A stretch of DNA of 64,000 bases from Cladosporium halotolerans (taxonomy: Eukaryota), in assembly GCF_011745625.1 (NCBI RefSeq), contig NW_027191460.1, forward strand, positions 620,001-684,000. Reading direction: 5' to 3'. Shown here piece after piece: positions 34,882 through 46,117 of this stretch (within the stretch, counting starts at the first letter, position 1; every line of letters begins with the position of its first letter). A program made the position numbers and the translations under genes. Under the pieces are notes generated by a model that saw only the letters and a program-made list of their open reading frames with translations, ran no database searches and had not been told where the DNA came from.

Positions 34882-35135
34882 GACTCGAGTTTGCTCCATA
34901 TGCGACAACCCACTAGATCCCGCTGCCCGCCGGCCAATCCGCTGCTTCGCGGCGCTTGAAGCAAGTGAAAGCGCGTTTGGCGTTCTGTCGCTGTCGAGAA
35001 TGAATTCAAAAAAAAAAAAAAGTCGAAAAATGAAAGTCGAAAAATGGGACTCGAGTTTGCTCAATATGCGACATCCCACTAGTGCCCGCTGCTCGTAGGC
35101 CAATCAAGTGCCCAAGCCAGGTCGATGCAAGTGAA
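34882..35135 (+). repeat. Pair of imperfect 88-bp direct repeats separated by a poly(A)-containing spacer
   Basis: 34882-34969 and 35048-35135 align without gaps: GACTCGAGTTTGCTC.ATATGCGACA.CCCACTAG..CCCGCTGC.CG..GGCCAATC...TGC...GCAAGTGAA. Confidence 0.85.
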
Positions 35136-35546
35136 GGAGTTCCTCGGTCATGGCAGACTCCGTCTTCATGGAAGTATTGGAAGTATAGACGGTGAAGGCG
35201 TCTTAAAGAGTGAGCCCATGCCGTGTGAAGTGGCCAATTCGTAGCTGCGTAGGTCTGTAGGATCAATTTGGAACGGCCGGCATGCATCGATGCATCGACT
35301 CGTCATCAGCTCATCCATTGCGCGCAAACGAGACCCGTGCAGCGTGGAAGATCCAGAGATTCCTCCCTGCTTCAATCCGCACCCAACCACCCAAGCGTCG
35401 AATCTCCCACCCATCCTCAACCATCGTCCCAAAACGAACACCGCCTAGCGCCAAAACACTTCACACCATCCAGCCCCGTCTCCCTCCTCTACGCACTTCC
35501 ATCTGCGCTCCACTGCTATGCCTTTCCCCAACTCAAACCCATCCCC

Positions 35547-36626
35547 CTAAGCCTCATCGCCGTACTTCGCCCTCCACGCCCCCACCACCCTCTCCAACTC
35601 CCCCCTCATCTCCCCCTTCCTCCCCTCCCCGCACCAACTCCCCTCAATCGCCGCCCGACAAACCCCCTCCCACTCCCCCACGCTCAGCGCAAAAGCCCTC
35701 TGCACCGCAGCATAATTCTCCCCAATATAGTTGCCCCCAAAATACGCCGGGTCGTCACTATTAATACTAAACTTGACCCCCGCGTCCAGGAACTCCCGCA
35801 CAGGCAGCTCGGACACGGACCCCACGCCGCGCAGGAACACGTTGCTGATCGGGCAGAGCGTCAGCAGCGTCCCCTGCGCCGCAACGCGGGCTAGGAGCTC
35901 CGGGTCCTCCGGCAGCCGCCGGCCGTGGTCGATGCGGGACACGTGCAGGTCGTCGAGGGCCGAGCGGATGTACTCTGGCGGCGCCTCCTCGCCGGCGTGC
36001 GCGGTGAGGTTGAGGCCGAGGGCGCGGGCGTCGGCGTAGAGGTCTGCGAAGAGGTGGGGCGGGAAGCCGGCTTCGGAGGAGTCGAGGCCGATGGCTCTGA
36101 CGGCGCCGGAGGCGAAGGAGGCCTGCAGGGCGGGGAGGTGGAAGGTGGCGAGGCTGGCTTGCGCGGGCAGGTGGCGGAGGAAGCAGCAGACGAGTTCGGA
36201 GGTGAGGTTGAGGGTTTGCTTTGCGTGGGATTGCGCGGCGGAGAGGCCGGCGAGGAGGGTCGGGTAGTCGACGCCGCGCGAGAGGTGGGCTTGCGGGTCG
36301 AAGAAGACGTCGGCGTGCCGGACGGTGTCGCGGGCGGCGCGGGAGAAGTAGGAGGTTGCGAGGGCTTCGAAGTCGGCGGCGGTGATGAGCACGCTCATGC
36401 CGATGTAGTAGTAGTGGAGGAAGTCGTCGAGGGAGGCGAAGTGGCGGTAGCGTTCGGTGAGGGTGGCCGGGGAGGTGAAGGCTTTGTCGTCGGTCGGGAG
36501 GGTGATGTTGTTCTTTTTGGCGAGGGTGAAGAGCAATTCCGGGGTGAGGGCGCCTTCGATGTGGATGTGGTGTTCACATTTGGGGAGGAAGGGGAGGAGA
36601 TCTTCCTCTATGTTTGAAGAAGCCAT
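35547..36626 (-). CDS. AAH1: Adenine deaminase (adenosine/AMP deaminase family)
   Basis: 'LPKCEHHIHIEG', 'FFDPQAH', 'TAHAGEE', 'RIDHG' and 'SINSDDPAYFGG' metal-binding motifs; single exon, 359 aa. Confidence 0.94.
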   Translation of the reverse strand: MASSNIEEDLLPFLPKCEHHIHIEGALTPELLFTLAKKNNITLPTDDKAFTSPATLTERYRHFASLDDFLHYYYIGMSVLITAADFEALATSYFSRAARDTVRHADVFFDPQAHLSRGVDYPTLLAGLSAAQSHAKQTLNLTSELVCCFLRHLPAQASLATFHLPALQASFASGAVRAIGLDSSEAGFPPHLFADLYADARALGLNLTAHAGEEAPPEYIRSALDDLHVSRIDHGRRLPEDPELLARVAAQGTLLTLCPISNVFLRGVGSVSELPVREFLDAGVKFSINSDDPAYFGGNYIGENYAAVQRAFALSVGEWEGVCRAAIEGSWCGEGRKGEMRGELERVVGAWRAKYGDEA

Positions 36627-39600
36627 GCTGAGGTGTTGGATGAGACTGTCCGATGTAATTATGCTCTCAATTGGAAACGATTGTTTGCAGATTCCGTGAC
36701 CGATCGTTGTAAGTATTGGTAGACCTGTATGTTGGCAGACGGTAAGGACAGAAAGTCGATCGACAAGGCCTGAACTGTTTTCTTTTTTCTTTTTCTTTTT
36801 GCAGACAAGGAAGAAACTTAAAGCAACACCTACCTTTTTTCTATCGCTCGTCCATTACCCAGAGCATGACTCCTATACGCCCAAAGCACAAGCTGCGTGT
36901 GATAAGGGCTGCTCGCGAACTCGACGAAACCCACTCGCAATGATCAATTATCGCAAAGGATCTCTGTCAGATCTGCCTGTCGGCCGGCTCCGAATTAGGG
37001 TCCAGCCGCAGTGAAGCCTGCAAAGCCCTCGTCGACGAAAAACAGAAAGTCGCCCAACAATCTATCGATGAACATAAACATGTCCCTGACGAACGTAACC
37101 CTACTTGACTTTTCAGGAATTGACCCGTCGGAGTTTTTTCCCACAGGATCGCAGTGCATTCCTTGCAAGCCACATGCACGCAGCGCCAAAGTCTGCCGCG
37201 CTGCCGATCAGACACGTCGATGTCACCTCACCTCATGCGACCCACGGAGAAAGCAAAGTCTCAGCCATGCGAGCTGCAGGGACGCGGACCGCGTCTGCCC
37301 GGACAGATCTTCAAGCGGCATCTTCCGGAGGATGGCTTGCGACCATGACGTCGGGGGCAAGCTTGCCCTGCTTTTTTCCTGCCGTTTCGGCCCGTCGTTC
37401 GCTGGAGACTTCGCGCTTGCGCTTGGGGCTGCAAGGGGAAAAAGTGGGAGACTGGCCCGGACGGCACGCTCGGAAAGTGAAGCGAGTCGGCATGTGCCGT
37501 GGGAAGAGGATGAAAGTGAAGCGGGTGCGAGTGAGCTTCTTCCATCCGAGAGAGCCCCCTGAAGGATGCCAAGCTGAAATGGGAGAAGCGTGCCCGTGAG
37601 GCTGGTATAGATTATATAGTTCGGATGGTCTGAGGTAGCGGAAGATAAAATAGCTGTGATTAGGCGCCGATGCTTAGGCGGCCACGAGGGCTCGGGTGGG
37701 ATGATCAGCGTAAGAAAGACGAAGGGCCGATTGAGATGCCCTTCCAAATGCGCACAACAGGCAGGAGAAAGGCGAAACAACGGCCAGCTGCGGCTGTGCA
37801 GCAGACGCAAAGTCGATCAGCAACGGGGTGGAGATGTTTTGACGGTCATGTCGTATCTGGAGCGAAGCGGGCGGGAAGGACCAGTACGGACCAAGGGAGC
37901 CACGTTGGACGCCGGACATGACCCCGAGGTTCCAGACGGGCCGAGCTGGCTCTGTTGGCGAGGGATCGGCGGGTGAAAGATGGTCAGCCCTACTGAGGTG
38001 CAGGATGGGTGAAACGACGATGGCTGACAACGTTTTCCGGCGGCGGCTGTGCGGGATGGGGGCAAGCGCGGGTAAGTGAGAAATTGCGCGTTTGCCGATC
38101 TCGCCTTTACCCGAGGGTTCGCAAGAGAGATGTGCACTACTGATGGATGTCCCGTGGATGAGTGCGTGTATGTAGGGCAGATGCTGCGGATGGCAGGCGA
38201 GGAGTGCAAGGCGGGACGGTGCCATGCTTCCGCACGTGGCTTTGATTGTAGCCGGGGGGTCCTGCCAAGCGGGAGGGCGAGACGCCACTGGCGGCAGTGA
38301 AGAAGCGGATGACTGCAGCGGGCGCGCCACGAGGGGGAAGCAGCCGTGGCGCCGGCGCGGTGACAGGTCTGGCATCAAAGCTGCGGTGAGGCATTTACGG
38401 GTGCGACAGGTAAAGTGAAGCGAGCAGACAAGGGCCGGGCTGTCTTGCTGCGCCTCCAAACGCGCGGATGGACGATCAGGTCGAAAACGGCGTCGTCGCG
38501 CGGATCGCTGGCAAAATGTGGTACCGCCCAGCCGGCGATACTCGCTGTGGTATCACGTTGACTCGGAGGCTCTTTGGAGAGTGTGCACCAGCATGCTGCC
38601 GCCTCGCACGTTCCCGCGGTGCGTGGTGAACACGCCGAGGTGGGCGTGGCGCACGCCCGCCAGACGTTGGGCAGCAGGATTGCCGTACGAGGTACGAATG
38701 TTGGAATGCAGCGATGACAATAATGGCCGTTGAACTACTGTAGCAGCTAGTCGTGCAGAGACGGATGATGCGAGTGGGATCGGAGGTATTCTCGCCAGAG
38801 CTCAGGAACAAGGAAGGGCTGGACGGCTCGCTCCAAGCCGAGGCAGGACGAGGGTGCGAGGGTATGTGCTCGGGGCAGGCAAGCTGAAGCAAGCTGAAGC
38901 AAGCTGATGAGCCGACAACGAGGACGGCGCACTGGCGGCAGAGGGCAGGCGAGCGACGGGCGACGGCACGAGTGGCTGCCGCGTGCCGTGCGGGAGCGGC
39001 GATGGGAGGCTAAGGCAGCTTAAGGTAGCGATGGAGAGCGAGCGGATGTCGCACCACTGCTGCTGCGTGCAAGGGCGGTGACACTTGCGGGCGCGAGCAT
39101 GGGCATCGGCACGGTCGCTGCGTGTGTGGGAGTGTTGGGCGAAAGGGGGGCCTGAGCCTCTGAGGGGCCGCACGAGGCTTCGGCGGCTTCTGGAAGGACA
39201 GAAGCTTGGGAGATCTCGCTCGCCCTCGGCCGCCATGCCGTATCGCCCGCCCGTCTTCACCACATGCCACCCGACAACCCGACCGCCCGACCTCTACCCG
39301 CCCGACACGGCGCTAATGTTTCTCGCCGCTCCGGCTATAAGCGTGGACCACCTGCGCCGTGTGTCTAGCGCATCTTCCCGTGCTTCCCTCGCAGCACTGC
39401 TGCCACTGCCAGCCAGTAGTCAAACGAGTACAGCACCACCTAGGTGTGGTAGCGCATCTCCCTCGCCAGGGTCGCTGGGGCCCGCTCGAGTGCTGCCCGG
39501 CGATCGTCGCATGAGCCGCTGCGCGAGCGGACTGGGGCCCGCAGACGGCCACGTTGAGTGCTGACGCAGCTTCCGAGGCATCGTGCATGTCAGCAGCGCC

Positions 39601-41512
39601 CGCCGGTTGGCTGCTGGCATCGCACACTCCTCCTTGCCCTGCCCACGCCCTGCCGCCGAACTGCGCGGAAAACCAAGGTGGAAGGGATCGTCTGTCGTCT
39701 GTCGTCTGCCGTATGTCTGTCTGTCGGGTGTTGGGCCGGCAAGCGTGCCCTCGCCGCCGCCGTCTGCCGCACATGCAGTTGTTGTGCCAGTACCTACTAG
39801 TGAGTGGTGTTGCGAGTGCCTTCACCACTTTCAGCTGCTGCAGCGCTGGCCCTGCTGGCCTGCTCGGCTTGGCGGTCCAGCCCTCGCCCGAGCGCTCCCA
39901 CAGCCAGAGCCAGACCCCGGCCATGCGCGTGGCGCCCGGCAGTTGGCGACGACACGCTGCCTGCCTGCCAGACTTCCTCCCGTCTGCCCACCCTCCACCA
40001 CCCACCCGGCGACATGCCCGCCCGCCCAGCGGCATTTGTCACTGCACGTCTGTGCCTGCGTGCTGCCTACCTACGCACCTGATCGCGCCCCGTCGTGCTC
40101 TCGTGAGATGCGTGCCATACGCCCACGCAGCGGCAGTGTATGTGTGTGCATGTATGTGTGTATCTATGTGTGTAAGGTATGTACATGCACGTATACATTG
40201 CTCACTCGCTCCTCGGCGCAGCAGCCCTACCTGGGTGTCACCGGCGGCAGGCGTGCCAGCAGGCCCAGATAGACTCTGCGCCATCTCCACAGTCGGTTCC
40301 TGCACCGGCCAGACGACGACGACGACGACCTCGAGCCAGCCGTGACCCCTTGCGCTGGATCGCCAGCGCCGGCCTGCTGGTCTTCGCGTGTCGTAGCGCC
40401 CTTGAGGAGCCTCGAGCCTCGAGCCTCGTGCCCACACTCCCGCGCCCACGCCCACGCCCACGCCCACACGGCCTCCTCGTGCCTCCAGCTGCCACGCCTG
40501 TCCGAGGCCGCGCCACCACCCTGCTGCGTGCTCAGTGCTGCGTGTGCCTGGCCCGGCATCGCAAAAACCCTATGCTACCACCTGCCGCCCAGCGCACCCG
40601 GACTCTTCCACCCATAGTCTTCGAGAACACCACCACGCTCGACCCTGCCGTTGCTAGCCTTCCTTTCGTTCCATCGACTCCCTGCAGCGCCTGCAGTGCC
40701 TGCAGTGCCTACCTTCCCTGACGTCTCTTGACGCCTCTCCCGCCTTTGCTTTTCGTCGTGACGCCGCCGAGCCCGGCAGCAACCTACTCCCTTCGTGGCT
40801 TTCGGGCGTGCCACCACCCCTGCAGCAGCCTACCTGCCCTGGCGACTCGACTCTAGACTACTATAACCTGCTGCGGATCTTGCGCGCATGCGGCAAGTGT
40901 CCTTGCGGTAGCGGCGCCCTGTTGTGGCGCAAACCATTTCCTCGCTGCCCGCCTTGACGTCCTGCACACACCACCTTCCTGCCGCCCAGGTACCCAGCCA
41001 ATCCATATCCCCGGTCGAGCGTGGCCATCTCGCCCTCCCGCCGCCATTCGTCGACTTCACCTGCAACCCGACCTTCGCCGTCGCCCTCTCTCTGCAGCAC
41101 TTAGTGCCCTGCGCGCCTTGACGTATCGAGCCTAGGGAGTCGTCGCTATTTGCTATTCGGCACCTCCGGTCTCGGTACCTCCCCGAGCTACATACGCTGC
41201 GTCAGGCCTGCCCTGAAACCAGCTCGTCGCTGCAGCCATTCGCCGCGTCGAAAAGCGTTGCGCGCGAGCCTGAGTCTAACCTGACCATTGGAAGGATTCG
41301 CCGCGGACTAAAGACACCCCGGATCGGCCCTTCACCACCACGTTCTTTTCCTGGGATCCTTCGTAAGCGGTTCCTCAGCTCATCAGCCTGCGAGACCTCT
41401 CTACTTCGGCGCCACGCCCGAGCAGCATCGCTCGATCGACCTCAGTGTTGACAGCCCTCGTGCGACAACACATTGCGACTGAGCGGGCTCTCGACTCCTG
41501 ACACCAAACAGA

Positions 41513-44133
41513 ATGGATCCTGCCGCCCGCCACGTGCCACCTGCACAATCACCTGGCAGTGCCAATCAAGTCTCCTACGAGTCCTCGATATCCTCACAAC
41601 ATTCACCGCAGAGCACCTTGCAATCAACACCGATTGGGTACACCTCGGCCGGCACGCCTTATCCTCCCATTCGAGCAACATCGCCTGGTCAGCCACATGC
41701 ACCTCTTCCACCAAACGGGATGCCACCACCATATCCATACCCACCGCCTCAAGGCCCGCACGTCGCACTGGCTCCTCCGCCACTGATGCACGAACACTAC
41801 ATGCCGAACGACTCTGCAATGCCTACACCTGGTATTTCTCCTACGCATCCTTCCGCGGCAGCGAGTGCTGTTTTGTCAGCGCAGAAGCGCGCGTACCGTC
41901 AACGGCGCAAGGATCCCAGTTGCGATGCTTGCAGGGAAAGGAAGGTCAAGTGCGATGCTACCGACATGTCGAGCTGCTCGGAATGTTCAAGCAGGAGTGT
42001 AAAATGCCAGTTCACCAAGGAGACCAACCGACGGATGTCATCGATCAAGCAAGTCCAGGACCTGGAGAAGCAGCTGGCGTCAGCGAGACAACAAATCAAT
42101 CAGATGAAATCGAGCGGCCAGGAGGGATCCTCTGCGGACACGGAGGGTAGTATTGCGAGCATCCCCTCGTTGAATCTGCCCGAAACCAGCAATCGAGAAC
42201 AGAAAACAACGCCGCCTGTGATGAGCAACTTTGACGGTGTCAGGCAGAATTTACGCAACTACGGCCGCGGCATCTTCAAACCACCTCCTCCCTATCGACA
42301 GAATGGACCTGCCGCCCGATATCCACGCGACGACGTACCTCTGCCCCCGAGGCAATTAGCCGATCGACTACTGTCGCATTACCACGGATCTGTTCACGTA
42401 TACGCGCCGCACATTCACTGGCCGACGTTTCAACGGGAGTACGAGGAGCTGTACAGGAGAGGAACACTGGAGGGCTGCGAATTCATCTGGGTTGCGGTAT
42501 TCTTTGCGGTACTGGCATGCGGCACGTTAATGGATCCTCCCGGCAGCAGCACAGGTCCGGACGCGGAAGGCTCGAAATTGATACAGCTCAGCATGAGGAG
42601 CATAGATTTTACGAACGACGACTTGACCTTGGATCATGTGAGGGTGAATTTGCTATTCAGCATGTATTTTGTGGAAACGAACGTCAGATCTACGGCGAGA
42701 GTCTGGCTAGCGGCTGCTATGAATATCGCACAAGATATTGGACTTCACAGCGATCATGGACCTTACGGAACTTTCGAGACCGAGATGCGGAAGCGTGTCT
42801 GGTGGAGTCTGTACACTTGGGATAGGTGAGGCTGATCGGAAGCATTCTTTGGAAGACAATCTAAGCTAACCACACATACAGAGTCGTTTCACTCGAAACA
42901 GGCAAGCCACTCCACATCAACGACGATGACTGCGACGTCAGCGAACCAATGCCAGTTGACGATGACCACATCCAACCCAACGGCACCATCCTCCAACCCT
43001 CCTCCCAAGCAACCCCCAACGGCATGATCGCCGTCATCCCCGTCGTCCGCATCACCGCCTCGATCAAGAAAACCCTCAAATCCCGCACCATCACCGCCGC
43101 AACCCTCAACACTTACGACCAACACTTCAAAGCCATCATGGCCTCCTACCCAGACCCCTTCGGCATCCACTCCAACACCGACCTCGACCCCCGCCTCCTA
43201 ACCGCCGCCTGCTCCCTCCAGACCTCCCGCTTCCTCCTCTACCGCCACAACCTCACCCCCGCCTGCCGCCGCTCCGAGCGCCGCGACGCCCTCGACCGCC
43301 TCGTCTCCGTCGCCCAGGACACAGCCCTCTACGTCCAGCGCTCCTTCAACCCAGCCCACATGAGCAGCTGGGCCGCGCGCATCCGCACCATGGCGCCCGC
43401 CTTCTACTGCGCCCACATCTGGCGCTGCATCCTCGTCCTCACCTTCCGCGCCGAGTACGCCGCCGCCCTCACCCTCCTGCAGGTCTCCGCCGCCGTCGCC
43501 GACCTCCGCCCCAACAACCTCGCCTGCGGCCGCCACCTCGCTTTCTTCCTCGACAAGCTCGTCGACCGCCTGCGCGCCGGCGCCTCCAAGCACCAGCTCG
43601 AGAACGACGAGGAGATGCTCGCCTACGTCTCCGCAGACATGCAGGGCGCCCCCGAGAGCGCCTGGGTCTGGGCCGGCTCCGAGCCCATGTCCGCCAGCCC
43701 CATCACGTCCTCCTCCAACTTGCCGGGCGCCCCCGAAGCGTCGCCTGCCGCGGGCTACCAGCTGACGGAACGGGAGCTGCGCGACTGGCCCGGCTGGGAC
43801 CAGATCCAGCGCGTTCTGACGCAGCTGCTGCACGAGTCGCAGTCCCAGCCTCAGGCGCAGCCTCAGCAGCAGGCGCGCCCTCCCCCGCAGCAGCAGCAGC
43901 AAGGTGGTTTCGCCCTCCCGCCTATCCAGCAGCACGGCGGCGGCAGCAGCAGCAGCAGCGGCCACCATCTGGCCCCGGCGCCGGCGCTGCAGCCTGGTGG
44001 CAGCGTGAGTCCGGCGCCGAGTAGTTCGCATTCGCTGTCGAGTGGGAATGGGGGTGGTGGTGGTGGAGGTGGTGGGGTTGGGATTGGAAGTGGAGGCGGG
44101 AGCAGTCGGATTAGTATTAAGGATATTATGTGA
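41513..44133 (+). CDS. Zn(II)2Cys6 transcription factor with fungal TF middle homology region
   Basis: 'CDACRERKVKCDATDMSSCSECSSRSVKC' binuclear cluster and 'AQDIGLH...EMRKRVWWSLYTWDR' MHR motif. Intron 42826-42881; Q/G-rich tail. Confidence 0.93.
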
Positions 44134-44206
44134 GGGGGTAATTTTTTCTGGAGAAAGAAATTTGGGGAAGGATGAGAGAATTGAGAAGTGGCAAGAGTGT
44201 GGATCA

Positions 44207-44235
44207 GAAGGAAGGAAGGAAGGAAGGAAGGAAGG
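44207..44235 (+). repeat. (GAAG)n microsatellite in purine-rich 3' region
   Basis: GAAG repeated about 7 times; more GAAG runs near 44417-44436. Confidence 0.9.
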
Positions 44236-45120
44236 CTTGACTCCAGACGGAGGAGGTTTGGAGTTACCTTTGCGTGGGGAAAACCGGACTGGGAAGACCT
44301 CGCCTCGAATCTTTTGTCTGGCCTTTTTTTTAACGGACGAGAAAGGATAAGATCGGATGGCCGAGGCCGAAGGTCATGGAGAAAATCAGACTAAACTGCA
44401 TGAAAAGGCAAGGAGGGAAGGAAGGAAGGAAGGAAGCAAAGACACAAAACTGCTCTTTAGCACGGCGTTTCTGGGACGGAGGGATTTTTCAATGGGTGTC
44501 TGACTATTTACAAAAACACTGGGATTGCAGGGAAGCAAAGGAAAGGAAAGGGAAGGGGTTCTGCATATCTGGACTGGATAGGAGGGAATATGAAAGGAAA
44601 TTGAATCTGAGGGAAAGGAGAGGATGGGGTGCTCGGTCATGCATCTCATTTTTTTGGTGTAATTGCATGATCATTGCATCGGGACAAGGGACTTGGATAA
44701 ACCACTGATATTCGGGTCGCTCGCGTAAGGACGGGGCTAGAGCTGTGATGAAAATTAGAATGGGACGAGGGGGGAGAGATGTAATAGTAGTACCTACCAT
44801 ACCATTTGGAAAGTCTGGGAAAGAAAGATTGTCGTGAGAAGTGTGCATTTCAGACGTACACGTGTATGTTGCCAACTTTGAGGATGAAGCTCAGGGCTGG
44901 GGGGCAAAGGTAAGGCCTGAGGGAAAGAAAGACAGAAAGCAGATTTGGATCCCCACCTGGTTCACCGCGAGTAAGATTCCTTCTGTCGGAATGCATGCGA
45001 AATGTTGAGGCGGAAGGATTTTTTCGTACAACCAGAGAAATTCGTACGATCCCGGCCTAGGTCGATGCGTTTCGCATGCCGCCTCACAATGTTGCCGACA
45101 TCATGAACGCTGATATTGTA

Positions 45121-45480
45121 GGTAGTAGTCTCGCTCGCTAAAAACCAGTTTTTATTAGTTCAGAGGTAATGATACCTTAGCACCGTGAAATGTATCTATG
45201 TTATCAAGATACTCATAGGACCATAGTAGGCACTCTCCCCCGAAAATCGGGTTCCAATAGTAGGAAGGGGATGGTAGCACCCTATCCTGTAGTTTTCTCT
45301 CCGAGATGCTGATAGAAGTGCAGTAGTTATCTACCGCAGAAAATCGGGTTCATTAGTTGGAAATGATAGTAGCAACACATATTGCTTTTGGATTTTTGAG
45401 TGATCAATACAAGGGTGGTAAACTCTCTGATAACAATTCGGGCTCTAGTAATCCAGGGGTGATGGTAGCATTATACCTTG
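45121..45480 (+). repeat. Degenerate ~97-103-bp tandem repeat, four units (family copy 4)
   Basis: AAAACCAG (~45141), GAAAATCGGGTTC (45242), GAAAATCGGGTTC (45339) and CAATTCGGGCTC (45434), each followed by a GATRGTAGCA-like motif. Confidence 0.75.
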
Positions 45481-46117
45481 TTTTGTGGCACTGCGGACAC
45501 TTCGAGTAGGAGTCTTTGGAGCTCTGCAGGATTATAGAGTGCTTCAAATGACTCGTGATTGCTTTGTGAACATAGGGCAATGCAGGCCAAACAAGAAGAG
45601 CCGAAACGCTTTGGGTGGAATATGCTGCCGACCTTGCAACAAAATACGGAAGCGTGGTGTCGCGGAAGCAGTGGGTGCGTTCAAGTCAAGTTGACGAGAC
45701 TTGACAATCGGGTACCAAGATTTCACTGGTCTTCAAAAGAACTCATAATAAATGGATATCTATTGATTGTATCAATTTGTGAGTTCCCTCTGGGGCGTGT
45801 CCTTTGTTCACGTCATGAGTGTGTTGCGACCGCGAAGACACAAGAGCTGGGCAGCTGTGCAGTGAATGGACCCCTCGCCGGATTGGGCAAACCACACTTG
45901 TTCATTCGCGACTTTCCACCTCCGAGGGGCTGCGCCGGCTTCAGCACCTGCCCACGTTTCAGCGAAACATCACCCACTCGCGATTGCCTCTCTACCACTC
46001 CAGCTTGGATATTGCAGCATCACCTCCTCCGTGCTGGCCATGGTCTTCTTGCTGTAAATTGCCAAAACAACCTTTGACCTTCCTTTCGCATGACCGCGTC
46101 ACCGACAAACGCCCACC

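Noticed and set aside
37000..41100. Numerous 100-260 aa ORFs in the GC-rich intergenic region (also 29000-31200)
   Set aside because: Overlapping in all frames, Arg/Ala/Cys/Pro-rich random composition, no coherent exon structure.
45121..45480. CRISPR array interpretation of the periodic repeat
   Set aside because: Eukaryotic DNA, no cas genes, degenerate repeats, and the apparent spacers are themselves homologous.
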